Source of the DNA: Candidatus Tayloriibacteriota bacterium | GTDB taxonomy: Bacteria; Patescibacteriota; Minisyncoccia; Phycocordibacterales; CAIRYW01 | Length of the DNA: 64,000 bases | Assembly (NCBI GenBank): GCA_028286725.1 | Contig: JAQBQZ010000007.1 | Span: 7,262 to 71,261, forward strand | Direction: 5' to 3' | Shown here: positions 9,978-19,077 of the stretch, one piece after another | Numbering within the stretch: position 1 is the first letter of the stretch | Layout: the number at the start of each line of letters is the position of its first letter | The notes under the pieces: model-generated | Seen by the model: only the letters and a program-made list of their open reading frames with translations | Told to the model about the DNA's origin: nothing | Databases searched by the model: none | Program-made: the position numbers and the translations under genes

Positions 9978-11632
9978 ATATGTATTGGGAATATAACAAT
10001 GGCTCCAATCACTACGGCTAAGAGTACAATATATGGCCCTACCGTTTTAGCTTGCCAAAATACGAAGCCTTTTCGCGTGAGTTTTCCATCTCTAATCTCC
10101 TCTCTTTTTCCTTTTCTAACAACATAATAGAATTCAAGAAGTATCACAATGATAGAGAGAAGGTTGAAACCGATCCAATATAGTATAAGAAGGAAGTTCG
10201 GGTTCAAGAGAGTGCTTCCAGCTTTCTTTACCGAAAGCGCAATAAGAACAATATAGATGAACAAGTAGCATGCAGCGAATATTGTTACATGAACGAATTC
10301 TCCTGAGACGCTCACTTTTTTACTATTGGTAACTTTCCATCCAACAGAGCTTTTGAACATTGTCGTGAGCATCGCGTGGTAATAAGCGTAACTGTGTGCG
10401 CTTCGGGCAACAAAGTTTCCAATTCGTGGCTCGCTAATTCTATAGAGAGGCAAAACAATCGCAGAAAAAAGCATTGTAGGAATAAACGGTAATGCACTAA
10501 AGATACTTATGCTTCCTGGATAATAAAAGATAATGATGAATCCTTGAAAAGAGAGAAGTATAGCGAGAGGGTAACTCAAGTAATACATGAATCCAGAAAT
10601 AAAACACATCTTCTGTCCGAATGTAAGCTTTGAAGTCCAGAAACTTCTGTCGAACATAAGTAACAGTGTTCCAGAACACCATCTTTGCTGCTGATGAAAG
10701 TATTGATGGATGTTGTCGGGACAAATACCTACTGCGAGAATAATTGGCAGATATCGAACTTTCCAATCCTTAAGCATTAATTTAAAACCTGTATACATGT
10801 CTTCACTGTGTTCAATCTGTGCTGCTCCGCCAATTTCAGCAAGGGCTGCACGTCGATAAAGGGCATTCGAACCACAACAAATCGGAGCTCCCAGACTGTC
10901 TCGCGCTACTTGAATTGATCGGTAGAAATCTTCTTGAATGTGAGATGCTCCATATTCAAGCGGGCTTCGGCGGTGCACTTTTTCGCTCGTATCAAAGAAT
11001 TGTGGAGTCTGAATGATCGCTGTATTTTCATCCTGCATATAAGGTACGAGCTCTTTTATAAAATCTGGATGCGGCGCAAAATCAGCATCAAAAATTACAA
11101 TAAATTCTCCATTTGATCGCTCAAATCCGTACTTCAAATTACCCGCCTTTTTCATCTCGCCTTTATTTGGACGAGAGAGATATTCAAAATCAAATTTCTT
11201 GGCGAGATCAGAATATTCGCTACCTCCTTTGTCATCCAGAATATACACCTTCTTGTTTTTGTACGGTATATCCTCCACAGCTTTGCAAGTATTTTCAAGC
11301 ACCTTGACGCTCTCTCCGCAGATAGGAAGGAATATATCAACTGACGGCTCCTCTTTGATGTTTTGCCAATAATTTTCTATGAGGGCAGTATGTTTTTTGA
11401 GATTGAGCCTTTTGTAAAATATATTAATAGCGTAACTGTTTACATAATACAGAGTAAAAAAGATAACAATAGGAAGGAAAAACCAAGTATAAAATGGGCC
11501 TGATTCCATAAAGAGCCAATAGCCATAAACCACAGGAATCCAGCAAAGGATTCCGAGACCGTAAATAGCTCGCACAAGCCAAGTTGGTGTCTTGTTTATA
11601 TAGAGATACTTATTGATGTCTTTAGGATTCAT
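9974..11632 (-). CDS. Cellulose-synthase-like processive GT2 (no PilZ domain)
   Basis: ILDD, KAGNL, FDADF, QTPQ, HSED, QQQRW motifs and multiple TM helices. Confidence 0.88.
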   Translation of the reverse strand: MNPKDINKYLYINKTPTWLVRAIYGLGILCWIPVVYGYWLFMESGPFYTWFFLPIVIFFTLYYVNSYAINIFYKRLNLKKHTALIENYWQNIKEEPSVDIFLPICGESVKVLENTCKAVEDIPYKNKKVYILDDKGGSEYSDLAKKFDFEYLSRPNKGEMKKAGNLKYGFERSNGEFIVIFDADFAPHPDFIKELVPYMQDENTAIIQTPQFFDTSEKVHRRSPLEYGASHIQEDFYRSIQVARDSLGAPICCGSNALYRRAALAEIGGAAQIEHSEDMYTGFKLMLKDWKVRYLPIILAVGICPDNIHQYFHQQQRWCSGTLLLMFDRSFWTSKLTFGQKMCFISGFMYYLSYPLAILLSFQGFIIIFYYPGSISIFSALPFIPTMLFSAIVLPLYRISEPRIGNFVARSAHSYAYYHAMLTTMFKSSVGWKVTNSKKVSVSGEFVHVTIFAACYLFIYIVLIALSVKKAGSTLLNPNFLLILYWIGFNLLSIIVILLEFYYVVRKGKREEIRDGKLTRKGFVFWQAKTVGPYIVLLAVVIGAIVIFPIHI

Positions 11633-11685
11633 AAATTAGTATTTGTTATTGATATTTATGCCTGTTTCATTGTTATGTATAAAAT

Positions 11686-11711
11686 GACGCTTTAGATTTC
11701 CTTTTATGACT
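11686..11711 (-). promoter_or_regulatory. Candidate ECF-type promoter AGTCAT-N16-CGTC
   Basis: On the minus strand upstream of the GT2 operon. Confidence 0.5.
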
Positions 11712-11732
11712 AAAAGTCATTAATATCAAGTT

Positions 11733-11758
11733 TGGAATAAATATGCATCTTACCCGTC
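11733..11758 (+). promoter_or_regulatory. Candidate ECF-type promoter variant TGGAAT-N16-CGTC
   Basis: CGTC lies 12 nt before the ATG at 11771. Confidence 0.45.
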
Positions 11759-11770
11759 ATCAATCTATAT

Positions 11771-13042
11771 ATGAAATATTTTAAACAAGCAAAAATCGAG
11801 GACCAAGATTTCAAAGGATATAAGAATCTTGTTCCAAAGCAATATGAAGAGGTAATAAAATTATCAGAGAATTTTTCAAAACCAAAGATTATTCATATTA
11901 ATACTGCGTTTGGCTCTGGAGGTGTTGCTGAGATCCTCAAGTGTCTTGTGCCTCTTGAAAGATCTTTAGGTCTTGAATCAGAATGGCTTATTATGCAGGG
12001 GACACCCGAATTCTTTAATGTGACAAAAAAGATACACAATCTTCTCCAAGGAAAAGAAGGATCTTTGAGCGAAGATGAAAAACAAACCTATCTTTCTTAT
12101 ACAAAGAAAGCTTCTGAAGAGTTGATGAAGTATCTTGATAAGTCATCTGGCGAACAGATCGTTATTCTTCATGATCCGCAGCCATTACCTATGATTATGG
12201 AAATTCCTGATACTATTCCTGTAATTTCGCGATTGCATATTGATATTACAAATGAGAATAAAGAGCTTGGTCAATTACTCAAACCATTTACTGATCGGGC
12301 AAAGAAAATAATTGTGAGCGACAAGAAATTTATTGCAGATTGGATTCAAGCCGACAAAGTTTTGATTAGTTTGCCTGCAACAGATCCGTTCAATGAGAAG
12401 AATAAGTTAATATCCAAAGAAGATGCTTCGGTGATCTTAAAAAAGATCGGCATAGATACAGAGAGGCCGCTTGTAAGCCAGATCTCACGATTTGATCCGT
12501 GGAAGGATCCAGAAGGTGTTATTGAGGCTTATCTTGCTGCGCGGAAGAAAATCAAAGGCTTACAGCTCGTGCTCGCAGGACTTATTGTTGCTGAAGATGA
12601 TCCTGAGGCGCAAGGCATTTATGATGAACTAAAAGATAAATATGGTGATGATCATGATATACATCTCTATGGTGAGAAAACTCCTCCTGGAGGAATTGAG
12701 AATGAAGAGTTTATTAATGCGCTCCAGACAGGCTCTGATGTTGTGGTTCAGAAATCACTTCGCGAGGGATTTGGTCTTACGGTGACTGAGGCGCTTTGGA
12801 AAGGGCAGCCAGTCATTGGTGGAAATGTGGGCGGTATCAAAAAACAGATAGTTGATGGTGAGAATGGTTTTTTGGTTTCATCGCCTGAAGAATGTGCAGA
12901 GCGGATCGTGGAGCTTATCTCTAAGCTAGAAGAGAAAGAGAGAATGGGAAAAAATGCCAAAGAGACCGTGAAAAATGAATTCCTTATGTCGCGTCTTATC
13001 TTGGATCATTTCAAGGTATATGATGAACTTTTAAAAAAGTAG
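11771..13042 (+). CDS. treT: GT4 trehalose synthase (TreT-like)
   Basis: GGVAEIL, FF.VTKKIHN.LQG, HDPQP, SRFDPWKDPEGV, QKSLREGFGLTVTEALWK. Confidence 0.8.
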   Translation: MKYFKQAKIEDQDFKGYKNLVPKQYEEVIKLSENFSKPKIIHINTAFGSGGVAEILKCLVPLERSLGLESEWLIMQGTPEFFNVTKKIHNLLQGKEGSLSEDEKQTYLSYTKKASEELMKYLDKSSGEQIVILHDPQPLPMIMEIPDTIPVISRLHIDITNENKELGQLLKPFTDRAKKIIVSDKKFIADWIQADKVLISLPATDPFNEKNKLISKEDASVILKKIGIDTERPLVSQISRFDPWKDPEGVIEAYLAARKKIKGLQLVLAGLIVAEDDPEAQGIYDELKDKYGDDHDIHLYGEKTPPGGIENEEFINALQTGSDVVVQKSLREGFGLTVTEALWKGQPVIGGNVGGIKKQIVDGENGFLVSSPEECAERIVELISKLEEKERMGKNAKETVKNEFLMSRLILDHFKVYDELLKK

Positions 13043-13117
13043 ATGGCTGAAAAGCTAGACGTTTTTAATTCATGTTATAATTAGTTACACGTTTAATTAT
13101 AATTTAACTATATATTT

Positions 13118-13567
13118 ATGATCGCTATTATTTTACTTTCGCTTCTCGGTGCCGTTATTGCTGCAGTTGTCGGTACTTTTTGGTACTCAAATTCGACACC
13201 GATGGGTAAGATTCAGATGAAAACTCTAGGTTGTGACAATTTAACTCCAGCAGAACTCAAGAAAAGAATGGAAGATGCCAAACCTATGATGGGGAAGATG
13301 TACGCGGCGCAGATTCTTCTTTCTTTTCTTACTTCATTTGCTGTAAGTCTTATTGTTGTCATGGGAGTCAGAAATGGGCTCACATTTGGCATGGCTTTAG
13401 GATTTATTCTCATGAACTGGCTTTGCTTTATTGTGCCAACAATTGGATCTGGGATACTTTGGAGTAATACAGATAAAAGCATTCGATGGCCTAGATTTTT
13501 TTCTGAAATAGGTGCAAATCTTTTGACTATTTTACTTGTTGCGATTATTGCCAGTTTCTTTATTTAG
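13118..13567 (+). CDS. DUF1761-like membrane protein
   Basis: Hydrophobic protein with VGTFWYS...GK pattern; paralog of 22791..23195. Confidence 0.65.
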   Translation: MIAIILLSLLGAVIAAVVGTFWYSNSTPMGKIQMKTLGCDNLTPAELKKRMEDAKPMMGKMYAAQILLSFLTSFAVSLIVVMGVRNGLTFGMALGFILMNWLCFIVPTIGSGILWSNTDKSIRWPRFFSEIGANLLTILLVAIIASFFI

Positions 13568-13570
13568 TTT

Positions 13571-14368
13571 GTGACAGGAATAAAATCAAATTTTAAATTC
13601 CTTGCGGCCGAACTCCTCTTTTTTGTCATAAAAGAGCTTCGGTCGCTTGTTTTTGCGCTCTCTTTTATTTTTCTTTTGTTTATTTCGAACTACGTATCAA
13701 TCTCAGGATTATATAGGTATGATTTTTTGTTTATTGGCGCGATCATCATTCAGGTTCTACTTCTTGTTTTTAAGCTTGAGACCAAAGATGAGGCGAAAAC
13801 AATATTTCTCTTTCATATAATCGGACTTTGCCTTGAAATATTTAAAACGAGCCCGAGTGTTGGTTCGTGGTCATATCCTGAGATGGGATATCTCAAGGTT
13901 TTTAATGTGCCGCTCTATAGCGGATTTATGTATGCAGCAGTTGGAAGCTATATCGCATATGCATGGAAAATGTTTAATCTTCGTCTCAGTAATCCTCCTT
14001 CGTACAGACAAAGTATTGCTGTCTGTTTTTTGATTTATCTTAATTTTTTTACCAACCACTATATTCCAGATATGAGATTGGCTCTTTTTGTCTTGATATT
14101 TATTATTTACCGAAAGACATTGGTATACTTCACTATTCGAGTGGGAGAATACAAGATGCCGATCGTTTTAAGTTTTTTTCTGATTGGGTTTTTTGTTTGG
14201 ATAGCAGAGAATCTCGCAACGTACCTCGGTGCTTGGAAGTACCCAGGCCAGATTCACGAATGGCATGTTGTAGGGCTTAACAAGATCACCTCATGGTTTC
14301 TCTTGGTGATCATTTGCTTTATCGTTGTTGCATACCTCAAACACTTTAAAGAAAAGATGAAAAAGTAG
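13571..14368 (+). CDS. DUF817 membrane protein
   Basis: RYDFL, FH.IGL.LE.FKT, VPLYSGFMYAAVGSY, WIAEN. Confidence 0.85.
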   Translation: MTGIKSNFKFLAAELLFFVIKELRSLVFALSFIFLLFISNYVSISGLYRYDFLFIGAIIIQVLLLVFKLETKDEAKTIFLFHIIGLCLEIFKTSPSVGSWSYPEMGYLKVFNVPLYSGFMYAAVGSYIAYAWKMFNLRLSNPPSYRQSIAVCFLIYLNFFTNHYIPDMRLALFVLIFIIYRKTLVYFTIRVGEYKMPIVLSFFLIGFFVWIAENLATYLGAWKYPGQIHEWHVVGLNKITSWFLLVIICFIVVAYLKHFKEKMKK

Positions 14369-14414
14369 ATTTTGTCTTAGTGTTCAAACTTACCTTGATC
14401 TGCTAGACTAATGC

Positions 14415-14607
14415 TAGAACCTAACTCAAAATTAACCGCATATTAAAACATCTCAAAAACATGCTTGAATATCTAAAGTCAAAAATTTCAGTAAAAAATA
14501 AAGTTTCGTCAGTCAACATAACACAGTTATGCCTCCCTCCTCATCCTTCATTTTTTCCTTCGAAATTTTTGACTTTATATTATTCATTAATTTTAAGATA
14601 GGTTCTA
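14415..14607 (-). mobile_element. ~190-bp structured fold-back repeat, copy 1 (MITE-like element or structured ncRNA)
   Basis: Terminal IR tagaacctaactcaaaattaa/ttaattttaagataggttcta; shared core gtttcgtcagtcaacataacacagttatgcctccctcctcatcctt; homologous to 29412 and 49977. Confidence 0.8.
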
Positions 14608-15230
14608 TGAACAAATCAAGACTGGAGGCTTTTAGTGACGGAGTGTTTTCAATTGTTATGACCCTTCTTATATTTAATGTGAAGGTACCAGTACTGACAA
14701 AACCTTTTACAAATACTGATCTGTGGCTCTCGCTTGGAGCAGTGTGGCCGATTCTTTTTATCTATTTCCTTACATTCTTTGTATTGTCATTCTTCTGGAT
14801 CAATCATCATGTGCTTTTTGAGTCATTTGCAAAATCTATCGATCACAAGCTGACCGTTTTAAACCTTATTTATCTTATGTTTTTGGTGCTTGTGCCATTT
14901 ACGGCGAGTCTTTGGGGCGCATATGATTCTTATCAGCCAGCCGTCATATTGTATGGTTTTAATATTTTCATTATTGTTTTATGTTCAATGTGGATGGGGT
15001 CATACATTCTAAAAACTCCTGAGATCTCGCATGATGATATTACCGATCGAATGATCAAGAGGGGACAGTTTCGTTCAAGACTTACTCTTGTTTCTTATGC
15101 GATTGGGATCATTCTTTCCTTTGTCCATCCAGTTCTTGCTGGGCTTTTTTATCTGCTTCCTGTGGTATTTAATATTACTCCTGGCTCACTTAATTTTCTC
15201 GAAAAGAAATTGGGGTTTAAAATTGAATAA
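14607..15230 (+). CDS. TMEM175 family (DUF1211) potassium channel
   Basis: RLEAFSDGVFSIVMTLL and FWINHH motifs; start at MNKSR, upstream extension comes from the repeat element. Confidence 0.9.
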   Translation: MNKSRLEAFSDGVFSIVMTLLIFNVKVPVLTKPFTNTDLWLSLGAVWPILFIYFLTFFVLSFFWINHHVLFESFAKSIDHKLTVLNLIYLMFLVLVPFTASLWGAYDSYQPAVILYGFNIFIIVLCSMWMGSYILKTPEISHDDITDRMIKRGQFRSRLTLVSYAIGIILSFVHPVLAGLFYLLPVVFNITPGSLNFLEKKLGFKIE

Positions 15231-15235
15231 TATTG

Positions 15236-15254
15236 TCTTTACATAATCTTTACA
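15236..15254 (+). promoter_or_regulatory. OmpR-type tandem binding site TCTTTACA-N3-TCTTTACA
   Basis: 11-bp-period direct repeat upstream of -10 TAGTAT (15266); same repeat at 16900. Confidence 0.65.
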
Positions 15255-15277
15255 GTACTTTGTGTTAGTATTGCGGT

Positions 15278-15949
15278 ATGCGTATTTTAGTTATTGAAGA
15301 CAATCAAAAGTTAGCCGAATCGCTTGTACGAGGGTTTACCCAAGAGGGGTATGCTGCTGACTTTGTATTAAATGGGGAAGAAGGTGAAAAGCGTATAATG
15401 ATATCTGAAAAAGATTACGATATGGTTATTTTAGATATTTCACTACCAGGAAAAAATGGGATCGAAATCTGCCGATCATTTCGGAGTCAGGGTATTATGA
15501 TTCCGATTATCATGCTCACAGCTCGAGATACGGTCAAGGATAAGATGCTTGGTCTTGATAGCGGTGCTGATGATTATGTTATAAAACCATTTTCACTTGG
15601 TGAATTACTTTCACGCGTCAGAGCATTATCGAGACGTCCGAGGAATTCACTTCCTCCTATTATTGAAGTGGGTGATCTCATTTTGAATCCTGCAAATCAA
15701 GAAGTCTTTCGAGGAAAAAAGAAAATTGAATTAACCCTAAAAGAATTTCGAATATTGGAATTTTTTATGACAAAACCAAATGAGGTGGTGACACGGCAAC
15801 AGATTACTGATCATTTATGGGATTTTGATTTTAATCCATTTAGTCGTGCTATGGATGTGCATATTAACAATTTGCGTAATAAAATTGGCAATAAAAATGA
15901 AACAAAGCTTGAAACGGTGCGAGGAGTGGGCTATCTCCTTAAAGCATAA
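15278..15949 (+). CDS. OmpR/PhoB-family response regulator
   Basis: IED, LDISLP, MLTARD, GADDYVIKPF, DVHINNLRNK, TVRGVGY. Confidence 0.95.
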   Translation: MRILVIEDNQKLAESLVRGFTQEGYAADFVLNGEEGEKRIMISEKDYDMVILDISLPGKNGIEICRSFRSQGIMIPIIMLTARDTVKDKMLGLDSGADDYVIKPFSLGELLSRVRALSRRPRNSLPPIIEVGDLILNPANQEVFRGKKKIELTLKEFRILEFFMTKPNEVVTRQQITDHLWDFDFNPFSRAMDVHINNLRNKIGNKNETKLETVRGVGYLLKA

Positions 15950-16898
15950 TGTATTTCTGTGGGCAAGACTGAAACTTACTTTCTTGTACGTTCTTATTAT
16001 CGCTTTTATTCTTATTGGTTTTAGCTTAGCGCTCTACACAAACATCAGCAAGAATCTTATTGATATTGGGGAGGAAACTTTTGCTGGGCCTGAGGCACAT
16101 CAGCACTTTCTTCACGAGACACTTGAGGCGACGCAAGATGAGATACTTGCTATAGATCTTATTGTACTTATTGTTTCTGCAGGACTCGGTTTCTTGCTTG
16201 CTGGGTATACTCTGAGACCAATTCAGCGATCAGTAGAAGCTCAAAGAATGTTTTCTGAAAATGCATCTCATGAGTTGCGTACGCCTCTTGCGGTCATGAA
16301 AAATGAGATAGAAGTGCTTTTACATGATCCAAATCCAGATAAAGAAAGAATCGTTCAAACTTTAAAAAGTTCGGTTGAGGAGATTGATCATATGACACGA
16401 ATGGCTGAAGATCTGCTTCTCTTGGCAAGAGCTGATAATAAAAAAGAGCTCTTCCTTACAAGAGTGGATGCTGGAGCGATAGTGAAACAAGTGATAAATA
16501 GTCTCAAATCAATCGCATCTTTAAAAGAGATTTCGCTTCACCATACTCTTAAGGATGAATTTTATATAGAAGGAAATAATGATGCGCTTCGAAGAGTTTT
16601 TATCAATATTTTGAAAAATTCGATTGATCACACATCAAAAGGCGGAACTATTACGGTTGAAGGCGATTATGAAAACGGTAAGTGCTTATTGAGTTTCATT
16701 GATACAGGTTCTGGTATTAATGAGAAAGATTTGCCTCATGTCTTTGAGAGATTTTATAAAGGAGCTGGCACATCAGGAACAGGACTCGGACTTTCGATTG
16801 TTAAAGAACTTGTTCAAAAACAAAACGGGGAAGTCGTGATTCAAAGTGAAAAAAATAAAGGAACGAAAGTGATTCTTCGATTTCCACACAGAGCATAA
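15897..16898 (+). CDS. Sensor histidine kinase
   Basis: 2 TM; ASHELRTPL, NILKNSI, DTGSGI, FERFYK, GTGLGLSI; start ATG 15897 is uncertain. Confidence 0.9.
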   Translation: MKQSLKRCEEWAISLKHNVFLWARLKLTFLYVLIIAFILIGFSLALYTNISKNLIDIGEETFAGPEAHQHFLHETLEATQDEILAIDLIVLIVSAGLGFLLAGYTLRPIQRSVEAQRMFSENASHELRTPLAVMKNEIEVLLHDPNPDKERIVQTLKSSVEEIDHMTRMAEDLLLLARADNKKELFLTRVDAGAIVKQVINSLKSIASLKEISLHHTLKDEFYIEGNNDALRRVFINILKNSIDHTSKGGTITVEGDYENGKCLLSFIDTGSGINEKDLPHVFERFYKGAGTSGTGLGLSIVKELVQKQNGEVVIQSEKNKGTKVILRFPHRA

Positions 16899-16899
16899 T

Positions 16900-16918
16900 T
16901 CTTTACAAAATCTTTACA
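16900..16918 (+). promoter_or_regulatory. OmpR-type tandem binding site TCTTTACA-N3-TCTTTACA
   Basis: Upstream of TATAAT (16935-16940) of the next operon. Confidence 0.65.
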
Positions 16919-16989
16919 TTATCTTTTGTATGATTATAATGCATCAAACTTTATTTGGTGCATAATTATTTATTATAACTACATATTGT

Positions 16990-17277
16990 ATGGATATTCA
17001 CATTGATAAAAAAATAGCGGGACTCATGATCGGATCGCTTCTTGTTGGCGGAGTGCTCGGGGGCGGTATAGGTTTTGCGGCAGGACATGATGGAGAGAGG
17101 GGTCATGGAGGTGAGAGAGGAGGATATGAAATGAATGGTCAGGATCGAGGAGGGGTGTCTGACAATCAAGCAGATGGAGAAATAAAAGATGATAATGGCG
17201 GAGCTCCAAACCAAGATGAAAAAGACAATTCAGCGTCATCAACTATTACAAAAGTTCTGGCTCCTGCTACTAAATAA
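16990..17277 (+). CDS. Small membrane-anchored Gly/Asp-rich hypothetical protein
   Basis: Single TM then low-complexity acidic tail; first gene of the operon. Confidence 0.6.
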   Translation: MDIHIDKKIAGLMIGSLLVGGVLGGGIGFAAGHDGERGHGGERGGYEMNGQDRGGVSDNQADGEIKDDNGGAPNQDEKDNSASSTITKVLAPATK

Positions 17278-17287
17278 CCTATTATCT

Positions 17288-18523
17288 ATGGCCGTATTCA
17301 CCGAGCTGTCTCAGACAAATAGCAAGAAGCGAAAAATGGAGTTTCTTTCAAAGGTGCCTGAAGTTACCGCTTTTTTCTGGATTATCAAAGTGCTTTGTAC
17401 GACAGTTGGTGAAACGGCTGCAGATTTTTTGAATATCAATTTAAACTTTGGACTTACGGGCACATCGGTTGTGACTGGGGTATTTCTTGTTTTCGCTCTT
17501 GTGGTTCAATTTAAAGCAAAAAAATATATTCCAAGCATATATTGGGTTACAGTTGCGTTAGTTAGTATATTTGGAACATTGGTTACAGATAATATGACTG
17601 ACAAGCTTGGTATTCCGCTTGAGGTAAGCACGATTGTTTTTTCTTTGCTTCTTTCGCTCACGTTTTTGGCATGGTATCTCAAAGAAAAAACCCTCTCCGT
17701 CCATTCAATTTTTACAAATCAAAGAGAAGGATTTTATTGGCTTACGATCCTTTTTACTTTTGCCCTCGGTACTGCCTCTGGTGATTTGATGGCAGAAGGT
17801 TTAGGGCTTGGATATCTAGTTACGGGCGAGATCATTCTTTCTCTTATAATAATATTTTCTATTTTGTGGAAGCTCGGTCTTAATTCTATTTTGGCTTTTT
17901 GGCTTATTTATATTATGACTCGTCCACTTGGAGCCTCAATTGGGGATTTTCTAACTCAGACACCAGAGCATGGAGGGCTTGAGCTCGGTGCAACGCTTAC
18001 AAGCCTCATTTTTGTGGTTGGAATTATTTTTATTGTTACTTATCTTTCGATAACAAAAAGAGACGTTATCAAAAACCAGAATGGAAATAATCTTGAGATA
18101 GAGAAAAAAGAAAAAGGGGGTTTGTGGCAAACGATTGTTGTAGTATCTTTTCTTATTGTTATGGGTTTGTCTGGATACTATACACAGCAATCAACACTTC
18201 AAAGTGAAGTCGCGCCATCTACGGGTTCTGTTCCCGGCACTAATATCGTATCCTCATTAGGAGATCTGTCAGTATTTAAAATTATTACACAAGATACGCT
18301 TGATAAATTAAATGCTGGGGGCCAGTCCGGCGCTACGACTCGTATTGATGATCTTGAATATGAATGGGACAATGCGCAATCTCGATTAAAGTCAAAAGAT
18401 AAAATAGGATGGACTTTGGTTGATGGAAAGATTGATATTGTACTTCGAGAGTTGCGATCGACCAATCCAAATATTGATCATGAGAAAACGGCACTCAAGA
18501 CTTTGCTTTTAGCACTTAACTAA
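17288..18523 (+). CDS. COG4705/DUF347-repeat membrane protein
   Basis: SKVPEVT..FWIIK.L.TTVGETAAD, TFALGTA.GD, YIMTRPLGASIGDFL. Confidence 0.85.
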   Translation: MAVFTELSQTNSKKRKMEFLSKVPEVTAFFWIIKVLCTTVGETAADFLNINLNFGLTGTSVVTGVFLVFALVVQFKAKKYIPSIYWVTVALVSIFGTLVTDNMTDKLGIPLEVSTIVFSLLLSLTFLAWYLKEKTLSVHSIFTNQREGFYWLTILFTFALGTASGDLMAEGLGLGYLVTGEIILSLIIIFSILWKLGLNSILAFWLIYIMTRPLGASIGDFLTQTPEHGGLELGATLTSLIFVVGIIFIVTYLSITKRDVIKNQNGNNLEIEKKEKGGLWQTIVVVSFLIVMGLSGYYTQQSTLQSEVAPSTGSVPGTNIVSSLGDLSVFKIITQDTLDKLNAGGQSGATTRIDDLEYEWDNAQSRLKSKDKIGWTLVDGKIDIVLRELRSTNPNIDHEKTALKTLLLALN

Positions 18524-18534
18524 TTTTACTGCAA

Positions 18535-19077
18535 ATGTATACACTAAACCTCTCACTATTCTATTTCTTTTTTGATCTCTCGGGGCATAGTCTCTGGTCT
18601 GATGATGTGATAATTTTGTTTGCAGAATACTTGCCATATCTTATTGTTCTTGGTGTCGTCATTGCCGTGTATCATTTTTGGAGACTTGGTCAAAAGAATA
18701 TTGCTTATGGATATATGCTTGCAATAATTTCTGGAGGTGTAGCACGTGGTGTCGCAAGTATTATTCGTCTTTTCTATCATCATCCGCGGCCGCCTCAAGC
18801 GCTTCATATTACATCGCTTTTTCCAGAAACATCGTATTCATTTCCGTCAGGACATGCCATATTTTTCTTTGCGCTTGCAACTAGCGTTTATTTTATAAAT
18901 AAAGGGTGGGGCAAAATACTGTTTGCGCTTTCAATTCTTATTGGTCTAGCTCGCATTGCTGCTGGTGTTCATTGGCCGTTTGATATAATAGGAGGTGCGG
19001 TCCTTGGTGTTATTATTTCGATAATCATTCAAAAAATTTGGAAAAGATATGAAGGCTTTAACTCAAAACATTTTTAA
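18535..19077 (+). CDS. PAP2 phosphatase (BcrC-like undecaprenyl-diphosphatase)
   Basis: RP, SFPSGHA, ARIAAGVHWPFDI. Confidence 0.88.
   Translation: MYTLNLSLFYFFFDLSGHSLWSDDVIILFAEYLPYLIVLGVVIAVYHFWRLGQKNIAYGYMLAIISGGVARGVASIIRLFYHHPRPPQALHITSLFPETSYSFPSGHAIFFFALATSVYFINKGWGKILFALSILIGLARIAAGVHWPFDIIGGAVLGVIISIIIQKIWKRYEGFNSKHF

Noticed and set aside
14436-14466. Variable side-arm loop as a guide matching the insertion site (bridge-RNA-like)
   Set aside because: By eye the loops show no convincing match to flanking DNA in any of the three copies.
14500-14550. Hammerhead ribozyme in the repeat core (minus strand GAUGAG...CGAAAC)
   Set aside because: The required CUGANGA is AGGAUGA in all copies, and the flanks pair directly with each other, leaving no third helix or NUH cleavage site.
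14415-14607. Repeat as an integron attC site (ACCTAAC at the left end of copy 1)
   Set aside because: AAC/GTT is not conserved (right ends GATAGGT, GATAGAT, CTTAGGT), the copies are far apart rather than arrayed, the length exceeds typical attC, and no integrase is seen.
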